Both the position numbers and the translations under genes were made by a program. The notes beneath the pieces were generated by a model. The model ran no database searches, was not told the DNA's origin, and saw only the letters and a program-made list of their open reading frames with translations. Positions 48,839 to 58,515 of a stretch of DNA of 64,000 nt are shown piece by piece; the stretch's first letter is position 1, and every line of letters starts with the position of its first letter. Source of the DNA: Planktothrix sp. GU0601_MAG3 (GTDB lineage: Bacteria > Cyanobacteriota > Cyanobacteriia > Cyanobacteriales > Microcoleaceae). The DNA is taken from the NCBI GenBank assembly GCA_035193785.1, contig CP136572.1:1184001-1248000 (forward strand). The letters run 5' to 3'.

Positions 48839-50069
48839 ATGGCACGCGCAAAATTTGAACGAAACAAACCCCACGTTAATATCGGTACCATCGGTCACGT
48901 TGACCACGGTAAAACCACTTTAACGGCTGCAATTACCATGACTTTAGCTGCTTTGGGTCAGGCCACAGCTAAAAAATATGATCAAATTGATAACGCACCC
49001 GAAGAAAAAGCTCGGGGGATCACGATCAATACGGCCCACGTTGAATACGAAACCAAAGACCGTCACTATGCTCACGTTGACTGTCCGGGTCACGCTGACT
49101 ATGTGAAAAACATGATCACCGGTGCAGCCCAGATGGACGGCGCCATTTTGGTGGTATCGGCGGCTGATGGCCCCATGCCCCAAACCCGTGAACACATCCT
49201 GTTAGCCAAACAGGTCGGGGTTCCCAATATCGTTGTCTTCATGAATAAAGAAGACATGGTGGATGATGAGGAACTGTTGGAATTGGTGGAACTGGAAGTC
49301 CGGGAAACTGTTAAGCTCCTACGGTTTCGAGGGTGATAGTATCCCCATTGTTGCTGGCTCGGCTAAAGAAGCTTTAGATTACATGGTGGCCAACCCCAAA
49401 ACCGTCGTCGGCGAGAATAAATGGGTAGATAAAATCTACAAGCTGATGGAAGAAGTGGATGCCTATATCCCCACTCCTGAGCGTGACATTGATAAGCCCT
49501 TCCTGATGGCCGTTGAAGATGTCTTCTCCATTACTGGACGGGGTACGGTGGCAACAGGTCGGATTGAACGGGGTAAAGTCAAAGTTGGCGATAACGTTGA
49601 ACTGGTGGGAATTAGAGCGACTCGTGCTACCACCGTCACGGGTATAGAAATGTTTAAAAAGAGTCTGGAGGAAGGGATGGCCGGGGATAACGCCGGTCTG
49701 CTGTTACGCGGTATCCAGAAAGCTGATATTGAACGGGGTATGGTGATTGCCAAACCCGGTTCGATTACCCCCCATACCCAGTTTGAATCTGAGGTCTATA
49801 TTTTAAAAGACTCCGAAGGTGGACGTAAAACTCCTTTCTTCCCCGGCTATCGTCCTCAGTTCTATGTCCGAACAACCGATGTTACCGGAACCATTAAAGC
49901 CTTTACCTCCGATGAAGGGGCGGATGCCGAGATGGTTATGCCTGGAGACCGGATTAAAATGACCGTGGAACTGATCAACCCAATTGCCATTGAACAAGGG
50001 ATGCGCTTTGCTATCCGTGAAGGTGGCCGTACCGTGGGTGCTGGCGTTGTGTCCAAAATTCTAAAGTAA
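48839..50069 (+). CDS. tuf: Elongation factor Tu (one +1 insertion)
   Basis: [27 protein letters not shown]; removing one A at 49304-49308 restores LEVRELLS. Confidence 0.99.
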
Positions 50070-50210
50070 GCTTTGTGAATTAAAGCTGCAAAGTTAAGGA
50101 TAAGGTTGCAGAAAATAGGAAGGGTTTGATCCTGTTTCTGCACCTTCTATCTTTCAAGATGATGTGACTGCTCAAGCCGATAATCCTGAACCTAGAAAAC
50201 TGAACACCCC

Positions 50211-50528
50211 ATGGCAACTATTCAACAACAAAAAATTCGGATTCGTCTCAAAGCCTTTGATCGTCGTTTACTCGATACCTCTTGTGAGAAAATTGTAGAT
50301 ACGGCGAATCGGACTAGCGCCACTGCGGTTGGCCCGATTCCTTTACCCACAAAACGCCGGATTTACTGCTTGTTGCGTTCTCCCCACGTTGATAAAGATT
50401 CCCGGGAACACTTCGAGACTCGTACCCATCGTCGCATTATTGATATTTATCAGCCTTCTTCTAAAACCATTGATGCTCTGATGAAATTAGACTTACCCGC
50501 CGGGGTAGATATTGAAGTGAAACTTTAA
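50211..50528 (+). CDS. rpsJ: 30S ribosomal protein S10
   Basis: [31 protein letters not shown]. Confidence 0.99.
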   Translation: MATIQQQKIRIRLKAFDRRLLDTSCEKIVDTANRTSATAVGPIPLPTKRRIYCLLRSPHVDKDSREHFETRTHRRIIDIYQPSSKTIDALMKLDLPAGVDIEVKL

Positions 50529-50549
50529 TTTTCCGCTTCGACTATTCTC

Positions 50550-50597
50550 AACCTACTCAACCTGACCTTTTAATCTGGGTTTTGAGTAGGTTTTTTG
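50550..50597 (+). terminator. Intrinsic terminator after rpsJ
   Basis: AACCTACTCAA...TTGAGTAGGTT stem followed by a T run. Confidence 0.75.
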
Positions 50598-50655
50598 ATA
50601 TTTAGAAATTGACCCAAGATCTGCTACGTTGTTAGTAGCTCTTACTTAACGGACA

Positions 50656-51297
50656 ATGGCATCATTTTCCTCAATTGCTGTTCGAGAACTTCCTCTGTTT
50701 CCTCTACCGGAAGTAGTTTTATTTCCGGGTAGACCCCTGCCTCTGCATATTTTTGAATTTCGCTATCGGATTATGATCAATACTATCCTAAATACGGATC
50801 GCCGTTTTGGGGTATTAATGTTTGATCCGAATCAAGGTCAAGTTGCTTCTGTGGGTTGCTGTGCGGAAATTGTCCAACACCAACGTTTACCTGATGATCG
50901 GATCAAAATGCTGACTTTGGGACAGCAACGGTTTCGGGTCTTGGAGGCCGTTCGGGAAAAGCCTTATCTGGTGGGTTTGGTGGAATGGATCGAAGACGAA
51001 CCCCCCCAACAGGATTTAAGGCCCCTAGCAACGGAAGTGGAACGTTTGTTGCGCGATGTGGTACATCTGTCTGGAAAGTTAATGGAACAAAATATTGAAC
51101 TTCCCGATGATATTCCCAGTTTACCGACGGAACTTTCCTACTGGGTCGCCAGTAATCTCTATGGCGTCGCCACGGAACAACAAACGCTGTTAGAAATGCA
51201 AAATACTGTCACTCGCTTGGAACGAGAAGTGGAGATTTTAACTTCAACCCGCAGCCATTTAGCTGCACGGACGGCGTTAAAAGATGCTTTAGATTAG
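50656..51297 (+). CDS. LON peptidase substrate-binding (N-terminal) domain protein
   Basis: LPLFPLPEVVLFPG..LPLHIFE.RYR.M, GQQRFRV. Confidence 0.93.
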   Translation: MASFSSIAVRELPLFPLPEVVLFPGRPLPLHIFEFRYRIMINTILNTDRRFGVLMFDPNQGQVASVGCCAEIVQHQRLPDDRIKMLTLGQQRFRVLEAVREKPYLVGLVEWIEDEPPQQDLRPLATEVERLLRDVVHLSGKLMEQNIELPDDIPSLPTELSYWVASNLYGVATEQQTLLEMQNTVTRLEREVEILTSTRSHLAARTALKDALD

Positions 51298-51308
51298 TAA
51301 CTCTATCA

Positions 51309-51336
51309 GTAGAGGTAATTCATGAATTACCCCTAC
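51309..51336. repeat. GTAG REP-like palindrome between convergent genes
   Basis: GTAGAGGTAATTCATGAATTACCCCTAC. Confidence 0.75.
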
Positions 51337-51385
51337 TCTCTATAGAGGTGATGCGTAGGTTCAGTTAGCCCAGAAATTAAACCGA

Positions 51386-53440
51386 TTAACGACTCTGTGG
51401 TAAAGATAAGGGTTGTTGAGGAAAAGATTTTCCATGACTAGAATGTCCGTTTTTTTCACCAGTAGACCCCAATTGATTATCCTCAGAAACTAGAGGATCA
51501 GCAGATAAAAATAAATCCCGAATTAACCTAGCCACCGCCCGTTGGGCTAATTCCCCCGCCACTTTTTGACTCAGGTGTTGGACTTCCGGTTTCACTATTA
51601 AACCCGGAACCCGCTGCACTAATAACATCGGATCAAACCCTTTAGTATCTTGGAGAATACCCACAATTCTTTGAATCTGTTCTAAGTTATTTTGATTGGG
51701 GGCAGGTTGGGGCGTTGTTGTAGAAGTTGGGGGGGCTTTTACTCCCATCCATTCTGCTACTTTAGATTGGGCTGTAGTCAACGCATTGCGAGAAGCCAGA
51801 TCAATACTTTTCACTAACTCATTCCCCAACTGTTCTCGAATCAATTCCCCTCGTTCTGAGAATAAAAAGTCTAGGGTTTGATCTAAGACTTGGTTAATAT
51901 CATAATCCTCACTATTTTGGGCATTTTTGAGTAAATTTTCTAAACGATTCCAGCGAAATGATCCATCCTTAAACAATAGATCTTTTAAGGAAGTTCTTAA
52001 CTCAACGGAAGGATCGGTTAAAAGTCGTTTCGCCACATAGGGATAGGCTTTACTTAATACCTTGAAATGGGGATCAACATTAATGGCAATCCCTTCTAAG
52101 GTGACCAAAGACCGAATAATTAAGGCATAATAAGCCGGAACCTGGAAGGGGTACTCATACATTAATTCCGAGAGTTGATCCGTAATACTCTTGAAATTTA
52201 GTTCAGCAACACTCGCCCCCAAGGCATTACCAAAAACCTCTGCTAAAGCCGGAATAATTGGGGTTAAATCGGTTTCGGGTGTTAAAAATTCCAACTTCAC
52301 ATAATCTTTCGCTAACCCTTCAAAATCCCGATTAACCAAATGCACAACGGCCTCTAATAACCCATATCTTTGATAGGGTTTGACCTCACTCATCATGCCA
52401 AAATCGAGATAAACTAATTTTCCTTCAGGACTAGCTAATAAATTACCCGGATGGGGATCGGCATGGAAAAACCCATGTTCTAATAATTGCCGTAAAGAAC
52501 ATTGTACCCCCACCTCAATTAAGTAACGAGCATCAATTCCTTGGGCGGTCACTTCTTCTAAATTAGTTAATTTAGTGCCGTTAATCCACTCCATGGTTAA
52601 TACCCGTCGCCCGGTATAACCCCAATAAATTCTAGGCACATAAATATCGGGAATATTGCCGTAAAGTTGTCTAAATCGTTCGGCATTTCTGCCTTCATGG
52701 TTGTAGTCCATTTCTTCATAAATTCTTTCCCCAAATTCATCCATGATCGCGACTAAATCACTGCGGATAAATTTAAACCTTTTCTTTGCCCACTGGGCTA
52801 GGGTTCGTAAAATATAAATATCCAGGGCAATACTTTCGGATAAACCGGGACGTTGAACCTTGACCGCGACGGTTTCTCCCGTTTTTAATTTGCCTTTATA
52901 AACCTGTCCCAAGGAAGCCGCAGCTAAGGGATCGGCACTTAATTCGGCATAGATATTATCAGGATGATCGCCCAATTCTTCTTCAATAAATTGATAGGCA
53001 ACTTCATTGGCGAACGGGGGAAGTTGATCTTGTAATTTGGTTAATTCGTCCAAATATAAAGTAGGCATGACATCGGGCCGGGTGGATAGGGCCTGTCCGA
53101 CTTTAATAAAGGCTGGGCCAAGTTCGGTTAAGGTGATTCGCAGTTGAACTGCTCGTTTTTTCTCGGCTTTAACTTTTTTTCCCCGTTTGCCATCTAACCA
53201 TAATCCCAAGGCGAAGGAACCAAATTTCCAAATAATACTGAATAGGCGTTTCCAGACTGGAAACACTCGGGAACGGTAATAGTTGGCAATGGCAACGGGA
53301 TCGTAGCGTACCGCAGGTTGATCCGATTCATTGTGGATAGTTCCCTCGGGTTGGGGGTGATGTTCGTCCATGGACTTTGAGGAAACATCAATGGTGGATG
53401 GGGAAAATGATCCGTTCGGTTCGAGTTGGGTGATAGTCAT
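51386..53440 (-). CDS. AarF/ABC1/UbiB-family kinase
   Basis: LGPAFIKVGQALSTRPD, AAASLGQVY, VAVKVQRP, FHADPHPGN, DFGM. Confidence 0.95.
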   Translation of the reverse strand: MTITQLEPNGSFSPSTIDVSSKSMDEHHPQPEGTIHNESDQPAVRYDPVAIANYYRSRVFPVWKRLFSIIWKFGSFALGLWLDGKRGKKVKAEKKRAVQLRITLTELGPAFIKVGQALSTRPDVMPTLYLDELTKLQDQLPPFANEVAYQFIEEELGDHPDNIYAELSADPLAAASLGQVYKGKLKTGETVAVKVQRPGLSESIALDIYILRTLAQWAKKRFKFIRSDLVAIMDEFGERIYEEMDYNHEGRNAERFRQLYGNIPDIYVPRIYWGYTGRRVLTMEWINGTKLTNLEEVTAQGIDARYLIEVGVQCSLRQLLEHGFFHADPHPGNLLASPEGKLVYLDFGMMSEVKPYQRYGLLEAVVHLVNRDFEGLAKDYVKLEFLTPETDLTPIIPALAEVFGNALGASVAELNFKSITDQLSELMYEYPFQVPAYYALIIRSLVTLEGIAINVDPHFKVLSKAYPYVAKRLLTDPSVELRTSLKDLLFKDGSFRWNRLENLLKNAQNSEDYDINQVLDQTLDFLFSERGELIREQLGNELVKSIDLASRNALTTAQSKVAEWMGVKAPPTSTTTPQPAPNQNNLEQIQRIVGILQDTKGFDPMLLVQRVPGLIVKPEVQHLSQKVAGELAQRAVARLIRDLFLSADPLVSEDNQLGSTGEKNGHSSHGKSFPQQPLSLPQSR

Positions 53441-53492
53441 GGGGTGAATCTAAATCAAGCCGGGGCTGAGTTTTGAATTTGTATTAACTATT

Positions 53493-53524
53493 TTGACACT
53501 CCCCCGAATAGAATTCGAGGGATT
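53493..53524 (-). mobile_element. Solo IS200/IS605-like end
   Basis: Minus strand AATCCCTCGAATTCTATTCGGGGGAGTGTCAA: hairpin followed by GTCAA. Confidence 0.55.
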
Positions 53525-54040
53525 TTTGTACTCTAAGACAATCACGGGTTGGGGTTGGATGGATAACTAACCAGTTGTGAGCATGATAGCAATATTTTAG
53601 AATCAGGGGTTTTTTAAGTAAATTTACGGAAGGTGGGGGGCCGGAAATCGATTTAAAATCTTAACTATGTAAATTTACTGATGTTGATCAATAGCATTTA
53701 AGTAGGAATTAAAGGTTTACCTTAACTTTACAAAAACAACGATAAATTCATCAAAATTTTATAGACATTTACCCGGAATTGTTTATAATAGTAATAGATA
53801 AAGTCAAGAACACCAAAAGCCAACTGGCTCAAAGCGTTCACCAGACTGACGGTTAAACTAGGGTGCTAAAGTTCCTCCGTTGAAGTGGGGCTTTAATATA
53901 TTTAAAAAAACATAGTCAACAATCACCGTCCTAGGTGACATGAATCACAAACCCATCTATCCCAATCGGTTTGAATTAGATTCAGAATCACCGATAGACA
54001 AAAATTCTAAAGAAACCTTCTACTTCCTGGAGAAAAGATC

Positions 54041-55121
54041 ATGGCAGCTTCATTAAAAAAACTCTTAATCGGCACTTCCGTCGCAGTGGGAATCAGCGCA
54101 GTTGCTAGTCTCCCGGCAAAAGCCGCCTCTTTTGACTTTGACAATAGCGAAACCAATTACGCCACCTACACCCACAACCAAGGCAACCTCTGGATTCAAG
54201 GGAATGAAGCTGCCGCGATTAGCGCACTGACCGATGGTAATCTTCAAACCAACGTTGAACTCAACTACACCAATGAAACCAATAGTTTCCAGTGTTGGTT
54301 TTACAGCGACCGCCGGAAAACACACCGCTAAAGTATCCAGCGTTACCACAGATGAATTTAATGCTTTCCAAGGGGAATGGTTAAATGGCCTGTTGAATGC
54401 CTATCAACCTCTGAAAAATGTTTGGACTACCTTAGCAGCACCTTTTCAAAATCTGGCCGTCGAAGCCTTCAAGAGTAGCGTTGGCTTTGGAGATCCCAAT
54501 ATTGCTGAGTTCTCCCTGGACAAAACCGGTGCAATGTCAATGAAAACCATGGGTTTCTTTGACCTCAAGCCTAAAGTTAATACCTTAATTGGTACATATA
54601 GCAACACCCAAATTAATTCACCCCTATCCCAAGCCAATACTGCCCTCAATGAAGTTAATCTGGGGATCAGCACCATTCAAAACAACACTACATACAAGTC
54701 ATTAACAAGCGTACCCTTTAACAGTCTGAGTAACACTAACAAGGGTATACTCAATAACTTCAATAGCCAACTATCAGCATTAAACACTCAAAAAACGACG
54801 CTGACCGCCGGAATTGCCACACTGAACGCGGCCAAGCAACAGGTTGATTCCTTCACCAATGCTCTGAACGGAATTCAGAACTTACAAATCAGTGAAATCG
54901 TTAAGGTTGAACTGGACGGTGTATCAGAGTACGTCTATAGCTTCAACGCCGAAAATTCAGGCTTCGTAGCTAAAGATGATGGCAAATCCTACAGTGGAAT
55001 TTATTCTTGGAGTAAAGCAGGCACACCCGCCGCAGTTCCCGAACCCTCTACCATCTTAGGACTGATGGCCGTCGGTGGTTTGTTCGGTGCAGCCAAACGT
55101 AACGCCAACAAAAAAGCCTAA
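54041..55121 (+). CDS. PEP-CTERM sorting-domain protein (one +1 insertion)
   Basis: Signal peptide KKLLIGTSVAVGISAV...PAKA; C-terminal VPEPSTILGLMAVGGLFGAAKR; ORFs join near 54275-54289. Confidence 0.92.
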
Positions 55122-55154
55122 TTTCAGTTTTCGCTAATTTAATCGGAGGATCAG

Positions 55155-55187
55155 AAAAGGAGAGGGATTTAGTTCCTCTCCTTTTTT
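55155..55187. terminator. Bidirectional intrinsic terminator
   Basis: AAAAGGAGAGG-gatttagtt-CCTCTCCTTTTTT between convergent genes. Confidence 0.8.
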
Positions 55188-55198
55188 GTCTATTCGCC

Positions 55199-56618
55199 CT
55201 AAATTCCACCTTCTGGGTTAGATTCCGGCTGGGGGTCTGGGGTTTCCAAAGGTGGAGGAGTTGACTCGGTAGACTCCGGGGGGTTTGGGGTTTCCGAACT
55301 CGGAGGGGATGGCTGTGCTGGGGGTGGAGCAGCAGGTGCGGGAGGATTAGGAGATTTTGGAGTCTGGTTATCAACGGTTTTGCAATTCTCCTGACCGTTA
55401 AACTGAAATTGAATTTGATAGGCCTTGGGTGAACTACTCGGGTCAAAGGTCATTTCTCGAACGGCGGCGATCGCGGCATTATCGAGAACCGGATAACCCG
55501 CAGCCAATAACGGTTCTGGCCCTCGTAAAATTTCTCCCCCTGTCCCAGCAACCACCCCAATTAAAGCCTTCCCGGTTAACTGTTGTTCACAAGCCGCCGC
55601 CGGATATAAACGATTAGCCACCATCGGAGACGCGGTTTCTAAATTGGGATAGTCCGTTAGTAAACTATTCACCCAGTTTAGATAGGCCCCTCCACCTTGT
55701 AACATCGCCGTTTGTTGTTCATTAACCACACCTTCAGGAGTTTCGGGTTGTTGGGCCGGTTGTTGGGCCGGTTGTTGGGCCGGTTGTTGGTCTTTAGCCC
55801 CCTCTCCCCCTTGTAAACCCTGTTGAAGCCCCGCCAAAATTGAACCTTTAGGGTTTTCTGGTTTGATATCGGGATTATTCTCAGGGGGTTGGGTTTCGGT
55901 GGCGGGACTCGGATTATTATTTGGATTGAACACCGAGGGGCTGCAATTGCCATTATTAAACATTGGCGGACAATCCACGTCCTGACCCAATTCCCGAATT
56001 AACTGTTGTCGCAGGGCTAATTCATCCCTCGGAGGTAAATTTCCTGGTTGTTTTGGCTGTCCGGGAACTTCAACCGGGGGAATATTGGAATTATCGAAGC
56101 CGAAAGATGGCCCGGGAACAAAAGATAAAGACGGACTAGAGTTAGGTAAAAACCCAATGGAAACCAGAATTCAGATTATTGGAATTAGACTCCTGGGAAA
56201 TAACCGGAGGTAAACGATAGGTTGGCAAACCAGGGGAATTACTCGGGGGCGGTAGGGGAATATTCGTGGGCCATACGGGAAGGGATGCCCCCGGCATGAA
56301 GTCGGACAGTGCGGGGGGAGGCACAATATTATCGACGGAGGGGACTGGCAGAATGGATAAAGAGGAAGAGAGGGAATTTAAGGGAGTAAAGGAGAGTTTG
56401 GAGGGGGCGGCTGGATAAACACCACTGATTTGTTCGGGGGAAAGTTCCACCACTTGAACTGTGGGAGGGAGTTTGACTGATTGAGAATGGAAATTAATAT
56501 ATTGAATATTGGCCGCAAATACCCCATGCACCCCTAAAGATGCCAACACACACAGGACAACCGGTTGGCGAAAGGTGGAGGGAACAAATTCAATCAAGGA
56601 TGTTGTCGAAGCCGTCAT
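55199..56618 (-). CDS. TonB-like proline-rich membrane protein (one +1 insertion)
   Basis: N-terminal anchor with SLGVHG, long Pro-rich linker with a QQPA x3 repeat, TonB_C-like YP..AC...L.G...GYPVLDNAAIAAV; join at 56160-56164. Confidence 0.78.
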
Positions 56619-56949
56619 AATAAATTTTAATTTTAAACTGAAATCGTTCAGGGCTGGGTTTTGAGAATCAGAATCGAAAAACAGGATAAACGTGAATGGG
56701 AGTGATCGCTTAACCCATTATAAATCACTTGATTGGGTAGCGTCGCCCGTTCGACGATATGGGCCGATTTTAGCAAATTATACGGTTTTAAGACTTCCAA
56801 AATTTGCCGATCAGATGTTCAGGGGCAACTCATCAACAATCTAAATTGACTCCCTAGAGTTTTTTGAGAGAGATTTTTTTGTTTTCTATCTGGATTTTTC
56901 TGGTGATGTTTTAGGTATTTAGGATTAGAATATTTATTAACTTGTTCCC

Positions 56950-57165
56950 CATGATTGAATTAATTATTTGTGGTGTTTAGCTTTAAAATTTGGGAACTTG
57001 GCTCGACCTTCAAACTTCCAAGAAGTTTTTATAGGCTCTATCTAAATTGATAGCTACGGATTGCAAAATCGACGAATAACAATACTCAACCTCGACCCAG
57101 TATTTCCCTGACCGCAATTCATCCCACCTGGCTTTAGGGGTTCAGAGGTGAGACTTGGGCGCGAA
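56950..57165 (-). mobile_element. tnpB: IS200/IS605 remnant: decayed tnpB fragment plus end-like palindrome
   Basis: Minus strand reads CYSSILQSVAINLDRAYKNF, then after a small indel EGRAKFPNFKAKHHK*, matching the TnpB N-terminal region. The adjacent GCAATTCATCCCACCT...AGGTGAGACTT resembles an IS605 end. Confidence 0.72.
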
Positions 57166-57273
57166 GATGCTAAAAATTTCACTTTCCAGCCATCTCTGAG
57201 TCTAATATATTGTGTTGATTAGGGATTCTATTGCTGTTAAAATTAAAGAACTAAAGTAAAGGAGAATATTGAT

Positions 57274-58203
57274 TTGGAAAATATCGGCAAAATCCCCTTA
57301 AAAGATGAATGGCGTAATCGCTGGATAATCATTAAAGAATTTATGCAGCATCCGATTAGGGAAACCTCGTTTTTGCAGGACAAATTTCTGGCATCTGAAC
57401 TTTATACTAATATAGCCAAACGAGATCCCGATCTTCATAATCCCAATATTCCCCAATGGCTAAATTTTGGCTATTGGAAAGAAGAAACCACCTATAATGG
57501 TGCTTGCACCGCTTTAGCTCGTAAATTAGGAGAAATCGCCGAACTTCAAGCTGGAGATCAAGTTTTAGATGTCGGGTTTGGTTTTGCTGAACAAGATTTA
57601 CTTTGGGTGCGGGAAAATCAGGTTGATTCAATTGTTGGACTAAATACAACGGAGCTACAAGTAGAAATTGCTCAAGAAAGAGTCGCTAAAATGGGGTTAG
57701 CTGATCGAATAAATCTTCAGGTAGGCTCGGCTACAAAAATCCCTTTTCCAGAGAACTCTTTTGATAAAGTTACAGCCTTAGAATGTGCTTTTCATTTTGA
57801 TACTCGTGAGGATTTTTTTGCTGAAGCCTTTCGAGTTTTGCGCCCAGGTGGAAAGCTGGCTTTAGCAGATTGTTTGCCTAGGGAGGGACGAGAAATTAAC
57901 TTTTGGCTGAAGGTTAATAGTAAGAAAATGTGCATTCCTTTCGTCAATCAATATGATCGGCATACCTATGTAGAGAAACTAAAAAAACATGGTTTTGTTA
58001 ATATCCAAGCTATCCCCATTAGCGAATATGTTTGGCCGGCAATGGTGCATTATTTTGCCCAAGTTAGCCAGGGAGTTAGCAAGCATGATTTAGTTATTGA
58101 TCTGCAAAAAGATAACCCAGGAATTGAGGTTTGGTCGAGAAATAAGGGGTGGTTTATGGCATTTGATGATTATCTTTTATTTTCTGGAGAAAAACCCCAT
58201 TAA
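57274..58203 (+). CDS. mcyJ: SAM-dependent O-methyltransferase, McyJ-like (microcystin Adda O-methyltransferase)
   Basis: WLNFGYWKEETTYNGAC.ALARKLGE, VLDVGFGFAEQD, ALECAFHF.TREDFFAEAFRVLRPGG, GWFMAFDDY..FSGEKP match McyJ as I recall it; TTG start with AAGGAG RBS. Confidence 0.82.
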   Translation: MENIGKIPLKDEWRNRWIIIKEFMQHPIRETSFLQDKFLASELYTNIAKRDPDLHNPNIPQWLNFGYWKEETTYNGACTALARKLGEIAELQAGDQVLDVGFGFAEQDLLWVRENQVDSIVGLNTTELQVEIAQERVAKMGLADRINLQVGSATKIPFPENSFDKVTALECAFHFDTREDFFAEAFRVLRPGGKLALADCLPREGREINFWLKVNSKKMCIPFVNQYDRHTYVEKLKKHGFVNIQAIPISEYVWPAMVHYFAQVSQGVSKHDLVIDLQKDNPGIEVWSRNKGWFMAFDDYLLFSGEKPH

Positions 58204-58218
58204 CTAGATTAAACTAGC

Positions 58219-58515
58219 TATGACTAATCACTATCCCAGTACACCAAAAAAAACAGACAAATTCCCCTGAGATTAATATTAATTTTCCCCTTTGTATGGC
58301 AAATTATGGGTGTACTGGGATTAGTTGGTTATCCTTTTTATCGTGGTGGAAAAAAAGCGGTAGAAGATATCGCAAAATCTTTGATGCTAGAAATCGGCGA
58401 TCGCATTGACAAAAATCCAAACAACTATTGGCAAAAACCATAAGGAATTTACCCATAATAATCTCGCTGCGATCAAACTCGGTATTTTAAATGATCAAGA
58501 TTTTTCAGAAACTAC
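58219..58515 (+). pseudogene. Decayed 5' end of a Cache-sensor signalling gene
   Basis: Reads QIPLRLILIFPFVWQIMGVLGLVGY...GKKAVEDIAKSLMLEIGDRIDKN...QKP*, a typical cyanobacterial TM1/Cache N-terminus, with a frameshift and a stop. Confidence 0.65.

Noticed and set aside
50211..50600. rpsJ following tuf without the rest of the S10 operon
   Set aside because: This is the normal arrangement in cyanobacteria.
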